From Microcystis aeruginosa NIES-843 (GTDB lineage: Bacteria; Cyanobacteriota; Cyanobacteriia; Cyanobacteriales; Microcystaceae), in assembly GCF_000010625.1 (NCBI RefSeq), contig NC_010296.1, forward strand, positions 480,001 through 512,000: DNA of 32,000 nucleotides, written 5' to 3'. A model generated the notes under the pieces. That model was not told the origin of the DNA. It was given only the letters and a program-made list of their open reading frames with translations, and ran no database searches. The translations under genes were made by a program, and so were the position numbers. Positions 8,239-16,074 of the stretch are shown here, piece by piece. Position 1 is the stretch's first letter. Each line of letters begins with the position of its first letter.

Positions 8239-9390
8239 TTACCGCACCTCAAGATTACTTGTAGCAGCAATAACAATTTCTTCTGGATCAAAGATTACAG
8301 ATTGGCTTTTTTCCCTATCTATCCTTTGAATAGTAATCTCGTTATCGGTAATTTTTTCTTCGGTAATTAATTCGGCTAAACTTTGCCAACAATCGCGGCT
8401 GTGAGTGGTGGCAAATACCTGAATATTGAGTTTTTTGGCGGTTTCCCAGACTACTTTCCACATATCAGTCATGACAGTAAAATGCAATCCGCTATCAATT
8501 TCATCAACTAATAAAATTCCATTTTTAAGATTAACCATTGCTAAAACTAATCCTAACATTCGCCAAAATCCATCGCCTAAACTGCCAATAGGTATAGGTT
8601 GATCATGATTTTTAATTTTGATTAAAAACCCACCTCTAACACCTAGGTTATTTGAAGTTAAATACTTGCCAGAAACAACACTGGCTATTCTTTCAATTTT
8701 TGGCTCAATAATTTTCAAAGATTCAATAATTAAATCTTCTAAAGGAGAGAGAACAATGTTATCAAAAAGTGCTGCCATATCAGAACTTGTTAGAGAAAAT
8801 GGTGTTAAGAACTTCAATTCAATTTGATTATCAATACCTATTTTATGGGAAATTCTGCTTAAACTAGCTATTCTTCTTATAGAATCTCTGGCAAGAGTAC
8901 CGTTGGCAAGAAGTTCCATTTCAATAGGTTTTTGTGATTGACTCCATCTAATACTTAAAAGAAGTTTATTCCATTCCTCATCGTCGAAAATATTATCATT
9001 ATTTAAATCATCATTTTTGTCTGAAAATAAAGATAGTTGTATAGGAATACTTTTAACAGAAATAGTAACACTTTCCTGATGTGATTCCCTAGAACCAATG
9101 ATAATAATTTCCTGACTTGGGACGATTTCATGCCCAGGAAATAAATGACAAATTTCAAAAACTTTAGTGCGACCAGCTAACTTATTTTCCAACCAAGCGA
9201 ACTCGCCTCTATAGCTAATAGTTTCAAGAAATATATCTATATTATTCTGAGCATACAAAAACTGAATCGCTTCTAAAATAGAAGTTTTACCGCTATTATT
9301 TTTACCCACTAAGAGATTAATTCGACCAAGATTGGCCATCTCAAAATTTTGAAAACCGCGAAAGCCTTCAATTTTTAGGGATTGTAACAT
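8239..9390 (-). CDS. ABC/AAA_21-type ATPase (OLD/RecF-like ATPase fold)
   Basis: Walker A GKNNSGKTS follows the LKIEGFRGF N-terminus. Walker B is ILLVDEIDSGLH and an H-loop-like FATTHS is present. The gene is visibly AT-rich relative to its flanks. Confidence 0.8.
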   Translation of the reverse strand: MLQSLKIEGFRGFQNFEMANLGRINLLVGKNNSGKTSILEAIQFLYAQNNIDIFLETISYRGEFAWLENKLAGRTKVFEICHLFPGHEIVPSQEIIIIGSRESHQESVTISVKSIPIQLSLFSDKNDDLNNDNIFDDEEWNKLLLSIRWSQSQKPIEMELLANGTLARDSIRRIASLSRISHKIGIDNQIELKFLTPFSLTSSDMAALFDNIVLSPLEDLIIESLKIIEPKIERIASVVSGKYLTSNNLGVRGGFLIKIKNHDQPIPIGSLGDGFWRMLGLVLAMVNLKNGILLVDEIDSGLHFTVMTDMWKVVWETAKKLNIQVFATTHSRDCWQSLAELITEEKITDNEITIQRIDREKSQSVIFDPEEIVIAATSNLEVR

Positions 9391-9607
9391 GAGTGATTAC
9401 CCCGGATTTTCAGTTATTAAATCTAGTTTATCTCAACCCCAGTAGCCAAGACCACCGACGAGACTAGATAGCGCAGACTCACCTTACCATCGCGGATTAA
9501 CTCAATCAGCGCTTTTAGTCCCTTTTCACCTTTCGAGCATTATAGCTGGTTTCGGGGCAGAAAACCAGCAAAAACATGACTACAGAGGGAATCGCTGACT
9601 CTAGAGA

Positions 9608-9907
9608 TTAATGACAATAAATTCCTAGCTGCCGATATAGTTCAACCTCATCCTTGCAAACAGTTAAGGTTTTTTGTTCTTCAATATTCTGAATAGCTTG
9701 TTGAGTTTTTTGGTTAAAATCGCTTATCGTATAATTACCTTCTGCAATTCGTCTTTCTTTTTCCTCTAATTCAAGACAAAGTTCCATAGCTTCTTGAATA
9801 TTGCTCAAAGCTTCTTCGAGATGATGTCCTTCATTAATACAACCGGGGAGAGAAGGAATAGAAAGATTATAATCTCTTTCCTCGCTTGGTTCTAAAATAA
9901 AATTCAC
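9608..9907 (-). CDS. HicB-like antitoxin domain protein without adjacent hicA
   Basis: The N-terminus FILEPSEERDYNLSIPSLPGCINEGHHLEEALSNIQEAMELCLE matches the UPF0150/HicB pattern (LPGC...EEA...EA). No HicA-like ORF is present on either side. Confidence 0.55.
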   Translation of the reverse strand: MNFILEPSEERDYNLSIPSLPGCINEGHHLEEALSNIQEAMELCLELEEKERRIAEGNYTISDFNQKTQQAIQNIEEQKTLTVCKDEVELYRQLGIYCH

Positions 9908-10057
9908 TTTCAGATCGGCTCAAGGTAATAAGTAAGATAACTATATTATAAGTGAGAGTGCATCTCATTTTTGTCAATCTACTAAGTTGGGATTTTTAAG
10001 GGGGAAACTCTCTGCTAAAATCGGGCGTTACTTGCGATTTTATCACTCAATCCAAGC

Positions 10058-10130
10058 TTTTGGGGGGTTCTACCCCCCAAACCCCCCGTTGGGGTCGTGG
10101 CGCCGCCCCCAAACCCCCCGCGCATTAGCT
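10058..10130. repeat. G/C-run palindromic repeat cluster
   Basis: ttttggggggttctaccccccaaaa forms a 9-10 bp hairpin. It is followed by ccccccgttggggtcgtggcgccgcccccaaacccccc. Confidence 0.7.
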
Positions 10131-10254
10131 TTTCGGTGGGATGCTTACAGGCAGCTGCTGGCACATTTGTGGTAATTTAAGAGTTACTGATAATTGCTGA
10201 TTGTCGGTATTTCTGCAAATGTGAAATGCACCCATAAGTGATGTTGCCGGGGAG

Positions 10255-10749
10255 TTACTCAAATTCTTCTATTTGCGATCGCACTAATTCTAGGGGAAGT
10301 TTTAAAACTCTAGCAATTTGTTCGATAGTTAATCCTTCTTTGATTAATTCGGGAATGGTTTCTAATTTAGCTTGTTGATAAATTTTAGATGAGGGTAATT
10401 CACTGTTCTCTTTTCCAGTACAAAAATTACCGCTATTGATTTGTATAACGTCTTTAATATTACTAGAGTTAGAGAAATTAGAATAACAATATCTTTGTAA
10501 ACTCGATTTAATGTTAGCCTTACTGACTTCCTGTCCTAATATTTCTGATAAGGTTTTCCATAATTTACCTGCTGTTTCCTTGATATATTTCTGAGAACGA
10601 TGATTTTTTTGAGCGATTTCGGCGTATTTTTGATGATTGACGACTCCCTCTAAGATTTCATGCTGAAGATCGTCTAAATGTTCTCCTGTATGGGAGAAAA
10701 CAAGCTCATCAATAGTTATTATAAAAGATTGAATATCAAATGAGTTCAT
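10255..10749 (-). CDS. stand-alone HTH protein (sigma-70 region 4/LuxR-like N-terminal module plus a second C-terminal HTH)
   Basis: LDDLQHEILEGVVNHQKYAEIAQKNHRSQKYIKETAGKLWKTLSEILGQEVSKANIKSSLQR resembles the N-terminal module of many large cyanobacterial STAND/WD40/vWA-MoxR-associated proteins. The C-terminal part GLTIEQIARVLKLPLELVRSQI is also HTH-like. Confidence 0.45.
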   Translation of the reverse strand: MNSFDIQSFIITIDELVFSHTGEHLDDLQHEILEGVVNHQKYAEIAQKNHRSQKYIKETAGKLWKTLSEILGQEVSKANIKSSLQRYCYSNFSNSSNIKDVIQINSGNFCTGKENSELPSSKIYQQAKLETIPELIKEGLTIEQIARVLKLPLELVRSQIEEFE

Positions 10750-10911
10750 AGGATGATTTTAAATAGGGAGTTAAGTCAGGATTGCCTGATATTATACCGC
10801 AAAATGCAAATTTAGTGTCTTTATATTTCTTTATAGGGCTTTTATGGGTCTTGAAAGTAAATTTTGATTTATTTACACTTTCATTAATTATTTTACTGAT
10901 AGATTTTTTTT

Positions 10912-11529
10912 ATGAAGTTTCTTCGTTTTTGCGCCCAGTTCTCTGTACCTATTGCTACGGCAGGGATAACAACCTGTATTGTTAGTTTACCAAGTCAGGC
11001 CGTTGAACTTGTATTTTCAAGTCCTGGTGTGATCAAAGGTATAAATGGAGTGTCTTTTACTTTGCCAAGTACGGGTATCTCAAGAACCTACAATGTTATT
11101 CTTGAACGAGGAACGGTAAATGATATCTATGGTACACCTCCACTATTTGATGTGTTTACTGAAGAAGATGCTTTAGCTGCAATGAATGCTTCTGCTCAGG
11201 GTATAAACTTTTATATTACTAATTTATCTGAAAATCTGTCATTTGAATCTTTAGGAACAGATGTATTTTATATTCCATATTTTACGGATTCCGTTAACGT
11301 TATTGCAAGTTCTAGTAAAAGAAAAGAAGAATCACCAGGACTTATAGAGGTAGGCTTTATAGATTTACCTGTTGATGTTGAGGTAGTTTATACACGCCTT
11401 ATACAAGTTCCCGAACCCACTTCAACTTTAGGACTCTTTTCTCTAGGAATACTCGGTGCTGGTGCAACCATAAAACGCCAAGTTAAACGCCATCATTCTA
11501 TCGAAAAAGAAACCACCAAAATAGGCTAA
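10912..11529 (+). CDS. PEP-CTERM sorting-domain secreted protein
   Basis: An N-terminal signal-like segment is present. The C-terminus VPEPTSTLGLFSLGILGAGATIKRQVKR is the PEP motif, a hydrophobic helix and a basic tail. Confidence 0.75.
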   Translation: MKFLRFCAQFSVPIATAGITTCIVSLPSQAVELVFSSPGVIKGINGVSFTLPSTGISRTYNVILERGTVNDIYGTPPLFDVFTEEDALAAMNASAQGINFYITNLSENLSFESLGTDVFYIPYFTDSVNVIASSSKRKEESPGLIEVGFIDLPVDVEVVYTRLIQVPEPTSTLGLFSLGILGAGATIKRQVKRHHSIEKETTKIG

Positions 11530-11552
11530 ATTGCCCATTAATATAACTCATG

Positions 11553-11586
11553 CCCCTTAATTTTACAGAATTGAGGGGGATTTTTA
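11553..11586 (+). terminator. Rho-independent terminator candidate downstream of the PEP-CTERM gene
   Basis: ccccttaatt-ttacag-aattgagggg forms a 10-bp stem with one G-U pair, followed by gatttttat. Confidence 0.55.
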
Positions 11587-11737
11587 TGGGCTATAATTTG
11601 ATATAAATGGGTTGGGTTAGGCAATGCCTTGTTTTTAGGGAAAAAAATCAAGATATAAATACTGCCCTAACACACCAAAAAAAAGTTTTTGTTCTAAGTA
11701 GCTGGTTATAATTAAATTGAAGATAGATTTTGCCTCT

Positions 11738-11846
11738 GATCCCCCCTGCCCCCCTTGATAAGGGGGGTGCCGATAGGCGGGGGGATCTCCCCTTAATAAG
11801 GGGGGTGCTGATCCCCCCTTAGTCCCCCCTTATTAAGGGGGGTATC
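11738..11846. repeat. cluster of three CCCCCCTT(G/A)ATAAGGGGGG-type palindromes
   Basis: Direct reading gives ccccccttgataagggggg, ccccttaataagggggg and ccccccttattaagggggg. They lie between convergent genes. Confidence 0.85.
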
Positions 11847-11873
11847 TGACAATTTTTAACAGCTACCCACTAT

Positions 11874-12827
11874 TTACAATAAAGCCATTTCTCCCACCAC
11901 TTCCAAGCGGGTATAACTGCCGATTTTAAGGAATTTTTCCGAGAGAGATTCGGCCACATTGGGAGTAATCCAGCCTAACTGTTTGAGAATTTGCAAAGCT
12001 GCGGCATATTTAGCCCGTTTGGAACCATCTAAAGCTTTTATTGCTAATCCTAAACCTTCACCGACGCGCCCGATACATTGAATCCCTTCGGCCCCGGCTT
12101 TACTGACGATTTCCCCCTGACTAGCCCGCATTAATTCCGTATCAAAAGCCCCTTCTCCTGCTACCATGCGGGGATGATAGGTCATCGCCCGGACGATTCT
12201 TTCTAAGTCTAAACGGTTGCCAGAGGCTAACTGGGCGTAGAGATGGGCCATTTGCCCCAACTGCATTGAATAGGTGGGCGCGCCGCAGTCATCGTGGGCG
12301 CTGATTAATTCATCCCCCGGCATCCCCAATAATTCGGCAATTTTGCTGAGAATTAGCTTCTGTATCGGACTAGAACGCCGGAGATAGCTATTTAACGGCC
12401 AGCCGCGCTGTTGACACACCGCTAACATCCCGGCGTGTTTACCAGAACAATTGTACTGCAAGCGACTGGGTTTACCTTCCGGGAGAGGACATTGCAGGGC
12501 ATTAGGATCGATATCGGCACGCCAGAGAATATTAAAGACTTGACGGGCGTGTTCCACCGTGCCTTGGTGAGAACTACAGATAATGGCTAGATCCTTATCG
12601 TTGAGATCGTAGCGTTCGAGGGTGCCGGTACTGATGACAGCCAGTGCTTGAAAAGGTTTCAGGGCCGAACGAATAAAGGCGCTAGTTTCGGCGCTGCCGG
12701 CGGTGGATAATACCCGGCCGCGGTCATCGCAAATAGCGGCCTCGACATTATGAACCGATTCAATAATACCTTCCCGGAGGAGATGAATTTCTAAGCGGTG
12801 GGTTGGTGAACGTTTTACCCTATTCAT
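11874..12827 (-). CDS. asparaginase II family protein (Asparaginase_II, PF06089-like)
   Basis: The 317-aa product has HLLREGIIESVHNVEAAICDDRGRVL...FIRSALKPFQAL...CSGKHAGML, which is characteristic of this family. Confidence 0.75.
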   Translation of the reverse strand: MNRVKRSPTHRLEIHLLREGIIESVHNVEAAICDDRGRVLSTAGSAETSAFIRSALKPFQALAVISTGTLERYDLNDKDLAIICSSHQGTVEHARQVFNILWRADIDPNALQCPLPEGKPSRLQYNCSGKHAGMLAVCQQRGWPLNSYLRRSSPIQKLILSKIAELLGMPGDELISAHDDCGAPTYSMQLGQMAHLYAQLASGNRLDLERIVRAMTYHPRMVAGEGAFDTELMRASQGEIVSKAGAEGIQCIGRVGEGLGLAIKALDGSKRAKYAAALQILKQLGWITPNVAESLSEKFLKIGSYTRLEVVGEMALL

Positions 12828-12849
12828 TCAGATTGGTGATTGGTTGCGG

Positions 12850-13353
12850 TTAGTGAGTGAAAAATAGCCAAAAAAGACCACTGATAGCGACAATTGCCCC
12901 TAGAATCAGGGCGGTTTTTTGTAAACGCTGGAGAATGGGCTGGATTTGATAGGAGACGATTAAACGATCGCGGGTTAAAATGGCGGCGGTTTTTGTCCAG
13001 ATTTGGCCATCGTACCAGCCCGACTCTTCATAAAATACTTTCTCCGATTGCAAGCGATCATAGACGTAGATCCAGCCTAAATACAAGCGCAATAACACCA
13101 ATCCTACCAAAATTGTCGAGCCAAAAATCCCCGCGCAGAAGAAGAGAAAAGGGGCTTTTTTGAGGGGAAAACTAGCGGCGGCAATCGGTCCGACAATTAA
13201 CCATGTCCATAACCATAACCAGACAATTTTTTTTGTATAAGAGGCTACATCTAGCGTCGCCCAACGGAAAAACCAAGATTCTTTTAATTGTTCGTACTCG
13301 TTAACCGGTTGCTGTTCTTCCGGGACGGGACAGAAATCAAGGGAGGATTTCAT
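12850..13353 (-). CDS. ycf36: Ycf36/DUF1230-like membrane protein
   Basis: The N-terminal CPVPEEQQPVNEYEQLKESWFFRWA motif and two TM segments match my recollection of Ycf36. Confidence 0.5.
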   Translation of the reverse strand: MKSSLDFCPVPEEQQPVNEYEQLKESWFFRWATLDVASYTKKIVWLWLWTWLIVGPIAAASFPLKKAPFLFFCAGIFGSTILVGLVLLRLYLGWIYVYDRLQSEKVFYEESGWYDGQIWTKTAAILTRDRLIVSYQIQPILQRLQKTALILGAIVAISGLFWLFFTH

Positions 13354-13358
13354 GGATT

Positions 13359-13763
13359 CTACTCCTCCAAATGGTCGCTAGGTAGAGGAATCCGTTGAGC
13401 ATGACCCCAAAATGCTTCTAAATTATAAAATTCTCGCTCTTTTGGTAAAAAGATATGGACAATGATATCGCCATAATCCATCAGGATCCAGCTACCTTCG
13501 CTTTTTCCTTCCACTTGTCGGGGAGACTGTTGCCATTCTAGTTCCATAGCAGCTTCGATCGCATCCTCGATCGCTCGCACTTGGGTGGTAGAATAGCCGG
13601 TAATAATCAGAAAATAATCGGTTAAATAACAGATATCGGCGACTTTCAGGATGGCGATGTCCCCCGCTTTCTTGTCCTCGGCAGCGGTGACAATTGTCTC
13701 TAGAAATTTTTCGGTCTTGAGATTTTCGGCGACGGAGGTAATAATTCCAGTGGGATTGGTCAT
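13359..13763 (-). CDS. rsfS: ribosome silencing factor RsfS (iojap family)
   Basis: DYFLIITGYSTTQVRAIEDAI...WILMDYGDIIVHIFLPKEREFYNLEAFW is the canonical RsfS core. Confidence 0.85.
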   Translation of the reverse strand: MTNPTGIITSVAENLKTEKFLETIVTAAEDKKAGDIAILKVADICYLTDYFLIITGYSTTQVRAIEDAIEAAMELEWQQSPRQVEGKSEGSWILMDYGDIIVHIFLPKEREFYNLEAFWGHAQRIPLPSDHLEE

Positions 13764-13818
13764 TCAGGTTGTGGTTATCCTTTGGCTGAGGTGGTTTTAA
13801 GCGAGTCTTGAGATTATG

Positions 13819-14415
13819 TTAATCAATGGTTTTAGTTTCTGTTGGTTGTTCTTTAACAATTTGTAACGCCCAGTTGCGCGTTAGCACGGTGCGGGGATGA
13901 ATGGGACAATGGCTACTTAAAAGATATTTTAGGGAATAATCACAGGTTTGTTGAACGCTTTTATGGAGATTTTGATAGCTGAGTTGTCGTAGGGCGTTTA
14001 ATTCGGGTGTATCGCCGCGATTGGGTTCCAAGGCATCGGCAATAAAGACTATACAGCTAAGATCGCTCATATTGGGTTTACCGAGGGTATGATTGCGAAT
14101 TGCTTCGAGAATTTCCTCGTCGGTAACGTTAAATTCTTTTTGGGCGACAACTGCACTCACATCGGCGTGGAGTAAGTGGGGATGGGATAAACAGATATTA
14201 TCCACGTCTATTCCCGCCGATTCCGCCATTTTTAGCAGTTTTTTGGGCTTGAAAAATTTAGCCAGATCGTGTAGTAATCCCGCTTGCCCTGCTTGGACGG
14301 GATCGAGATCGTGATGACGAGCTAAATCAATACACATGGTCTCCACACCGAGAATATGTCGCAGACGGTGTTCGTTGACGTTTTCTTTTAACCAGTCGAT
14401 AACTTGCTGTCGCAT
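13819..14415 (-). CDS. yqeK: HD-domain bis(5'-nucleosyl)-tetraphosphatase YqeK
   Basis: RLRHILGVE...AGLLHDLAK is the HD motif, and the gene is adjacent to rsfS as in nadD-yqeK-rsfS clusters. I moved the start to the internal ATG at 14415 (MRQQVIDWLKENV). The longer ORF beginning at 14502 would overlap the upstream GTPase gene. Confidence 0.7.
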   Translation of the reverse strand: MRQQVIDWLKENVNEHRLRHILGVETMCIDLARHHDLDPVQAGQAGLLHDLAKFFKPKKLLKMAESAGIDVDNICLSHPHLLHADVSAVVAQKEFNVTDEEILEAIRNHTLGKPNMSDLSCIVFIADALEPNRGDTPELNALRQLSYQNLHKSVQQTCDYSLKYLLSSHCPIHPRTVLTRNWALQIVKEQPTETKTID

Positions 14416-14495
14416 CTTTTTTTTGCCCTTGTGGAACCCCAAAACGATTGTAACAATTACTATACAATTTTGCCTATTGCTCCCTGGTTCGATCT

Positions 14496-16064
14496 TTACC
14501 AATCATCCTCGCAACTAGCTTCTAAAACTTCTTCTTGCTGCCAATCATCCTGAAAAGGTTGTACCACTTTACCGATCGCATCGGCCACAAAAGACTTAAT
14601 AAATTCTTCCTTGCGACTGAGTTGAAATTGTCTTTGTACCACTTCCGTCATACCACCGTCACCCCAGTCTTGATCCTGACGGAAATATTCAATAAAACTT
14701 TTGCCGGCAATGCGGGTTAAATAGGCGGCACTGACCCCTTGAATTGCCTTACCGACTATATAGGTAGTAAAATTTAACTGTAGGATTCTGGCTAATAATT
14801 CTACCGCTCCTTTTACCACTCCCAAACTAACTAGAGTTTTGCCCAAAGATAGAGCCAATTCCTTGCCTCGATCGCTGTTAATTTCACAGCCATAAACTTG
14901 ACCAATTTCCCTGACCATTTGAGCATTAACCGCCGCCGTTGCTAACATATCGAACACTGGTAAGGGAGTCACCGCAATCACTCCCGCACCGATCCACTGA
15001 TAGCGATCAATAATTTTATCAGCTTGGCGACGACGTTGGCGATCAATAATTTTCCTAGCTTCTTCTCCTAATCTTTGGGATTGTAAGAGGATATTATCTG
15101 CCACTAAATCCTCCCCTTCGGCCCGTAAAACTGAAGCCAAACGTTTAATTAAAGCTAAAATATCTGGTTCCGGTGTGATCATTTGTCCACCAGTTAACTG
15201 TACTGGTTGGGGATTAGCGGCGACGGCAATAATATCGGCGGAAAGGATCACTCCTTTTAGCCGTTCTCGTAATTGTTTTAAAATAATGTCTCGATCTTCA
15301 TCGCTATAGAGATCGATTTTATTAAAGACTAAGAGAGAACGTTTACCGATATCAATTAAACGCAATAAAGGGCCGTATTCCGATTGTCGAATATCGTTAT
15401 CAATGACAAATAAAAGTAAATCTGCTTCCGTGGCTAATTGTCGCGCTAACTGTTCCCTTTGACCTCCGGCCGCACCAATTTCGAGAATGCCGGGGGTATC
15501 GGTAATTTGAATTTCCCGATTCACACCTTTCATTTTTAAACTATAGGTTTCCCCTTTTTCCGTGGTTCCCATGGTTGCCTCCACATTGCCCACCATTTGA
15601 CCGATGAGGGCGTTAATTAGGGAGGTTTTTCCCGCCGATCCTGTGCCGAAAACAATGATTTTAACTTCTTTTCTGGCTAAACTTCGCTCAATTTCTTGGG
15701 AACGATTAATAAAAACCTGTTGAGTTACTTTATCTTGAATTTGCTCCACTTGTTGCCGGATAGCTTTTAAGGTTTCCCCGGCGGCCTCGGTTTTTTCTAC
15801 CGGTAATTTTAGGGGTGGACGGGAGGAAGAACGTAACCCGCGGCGACTTTTTTGGTGCTGGGGCAGCAGATAAAAGTAATACAGAAGAACGTAGATCAGC
15901 AAGCCCAGCAGTCCGATAATGAGCAAAAGCAGAATATTAGCTAAGATAGGAGCGGTAAAGGCGATCTGGATGTAAAGACGATAGATAGAGTTGACTAACC
16001 ACAACATTAATCCGAAAATAAAGCTCAGACCAATGATTAAAGTGGCAAGACGGGGTAATTTCAT
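14496..16064 (-). CDS. membrane-associated GTPase, paralogue of 3146..4510
   Basis: G1 GTGSAGKTS, G3 DTPG and G4 NKID are present, with N-terminal TM segments and a DUF697-like C-terminal region. I set the start at ATG 16064 (MKLPRLATLIIG) because codons upstream of it are the reverse complement of the IS605-family left end. Confidence 0.7.
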   Translation of the reverse strand: MKLPRLATLIIGLSFIFGLMLWLVNSIYRLYIQIAFTAPILANILLLLIIGLLGLLIYVLLYYFYLLPQHQKSRRGLRSSSRPPLKLPVEKTEAAGETLKAIRQQVEQIQDKVTQQVFINRSQEIERSLARKEVKIIVFGTGSAGKTSLINALIGQMVGNVEATMGTTEKGETYSLKMKGVNREIQITDTPGILEIGAAGGQREQLARQLATEADLLLFVIDNDIRQSEYGPLLRLIDIGKRSLLVFNKIDLYSDEDRDIILKQLRERLKGVILSADIIAVAANPQPVQLTGGQMITPEPDILALIKRLASVLRAEGEDLVADNILLQSQRLGEEARKIIDRQRRRQADKIIDRYQWIGAGVIAVTPLPVFDMLATAAVNAQMVREIGQVYGCEINSDRGKELALSLGKTLVSLGVVKGAVELLARILQLNFTTYIVGKAIQGVSAAYLTRIAGKSFIEYFRQDQDWGDGGMTEVVQRQFQLSRKEEFIKSFVADAIGKVVQPFQDDWQQEEVLEASCEDDW

Positions 16065-16074
16065 CGAAAATTTG

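Noticed and set aside
9987-10175. 62-aa + strand ORF
   Set aside because: It is composed largely of G/C-run palindromic repeat sequence (PPNPPLGSWRRPQTP) and has no coding context.
14416-14502. N-terminal 29 codons of the 227-aa version of the yqeK ORF
   Set aside because: The extension (MVKIEPGSNRQNCIVIV...) overlaps the end of the upstream GTPase gene and is unlike YqeK N-termini. The internal ATG at 14415 gives a typical start.
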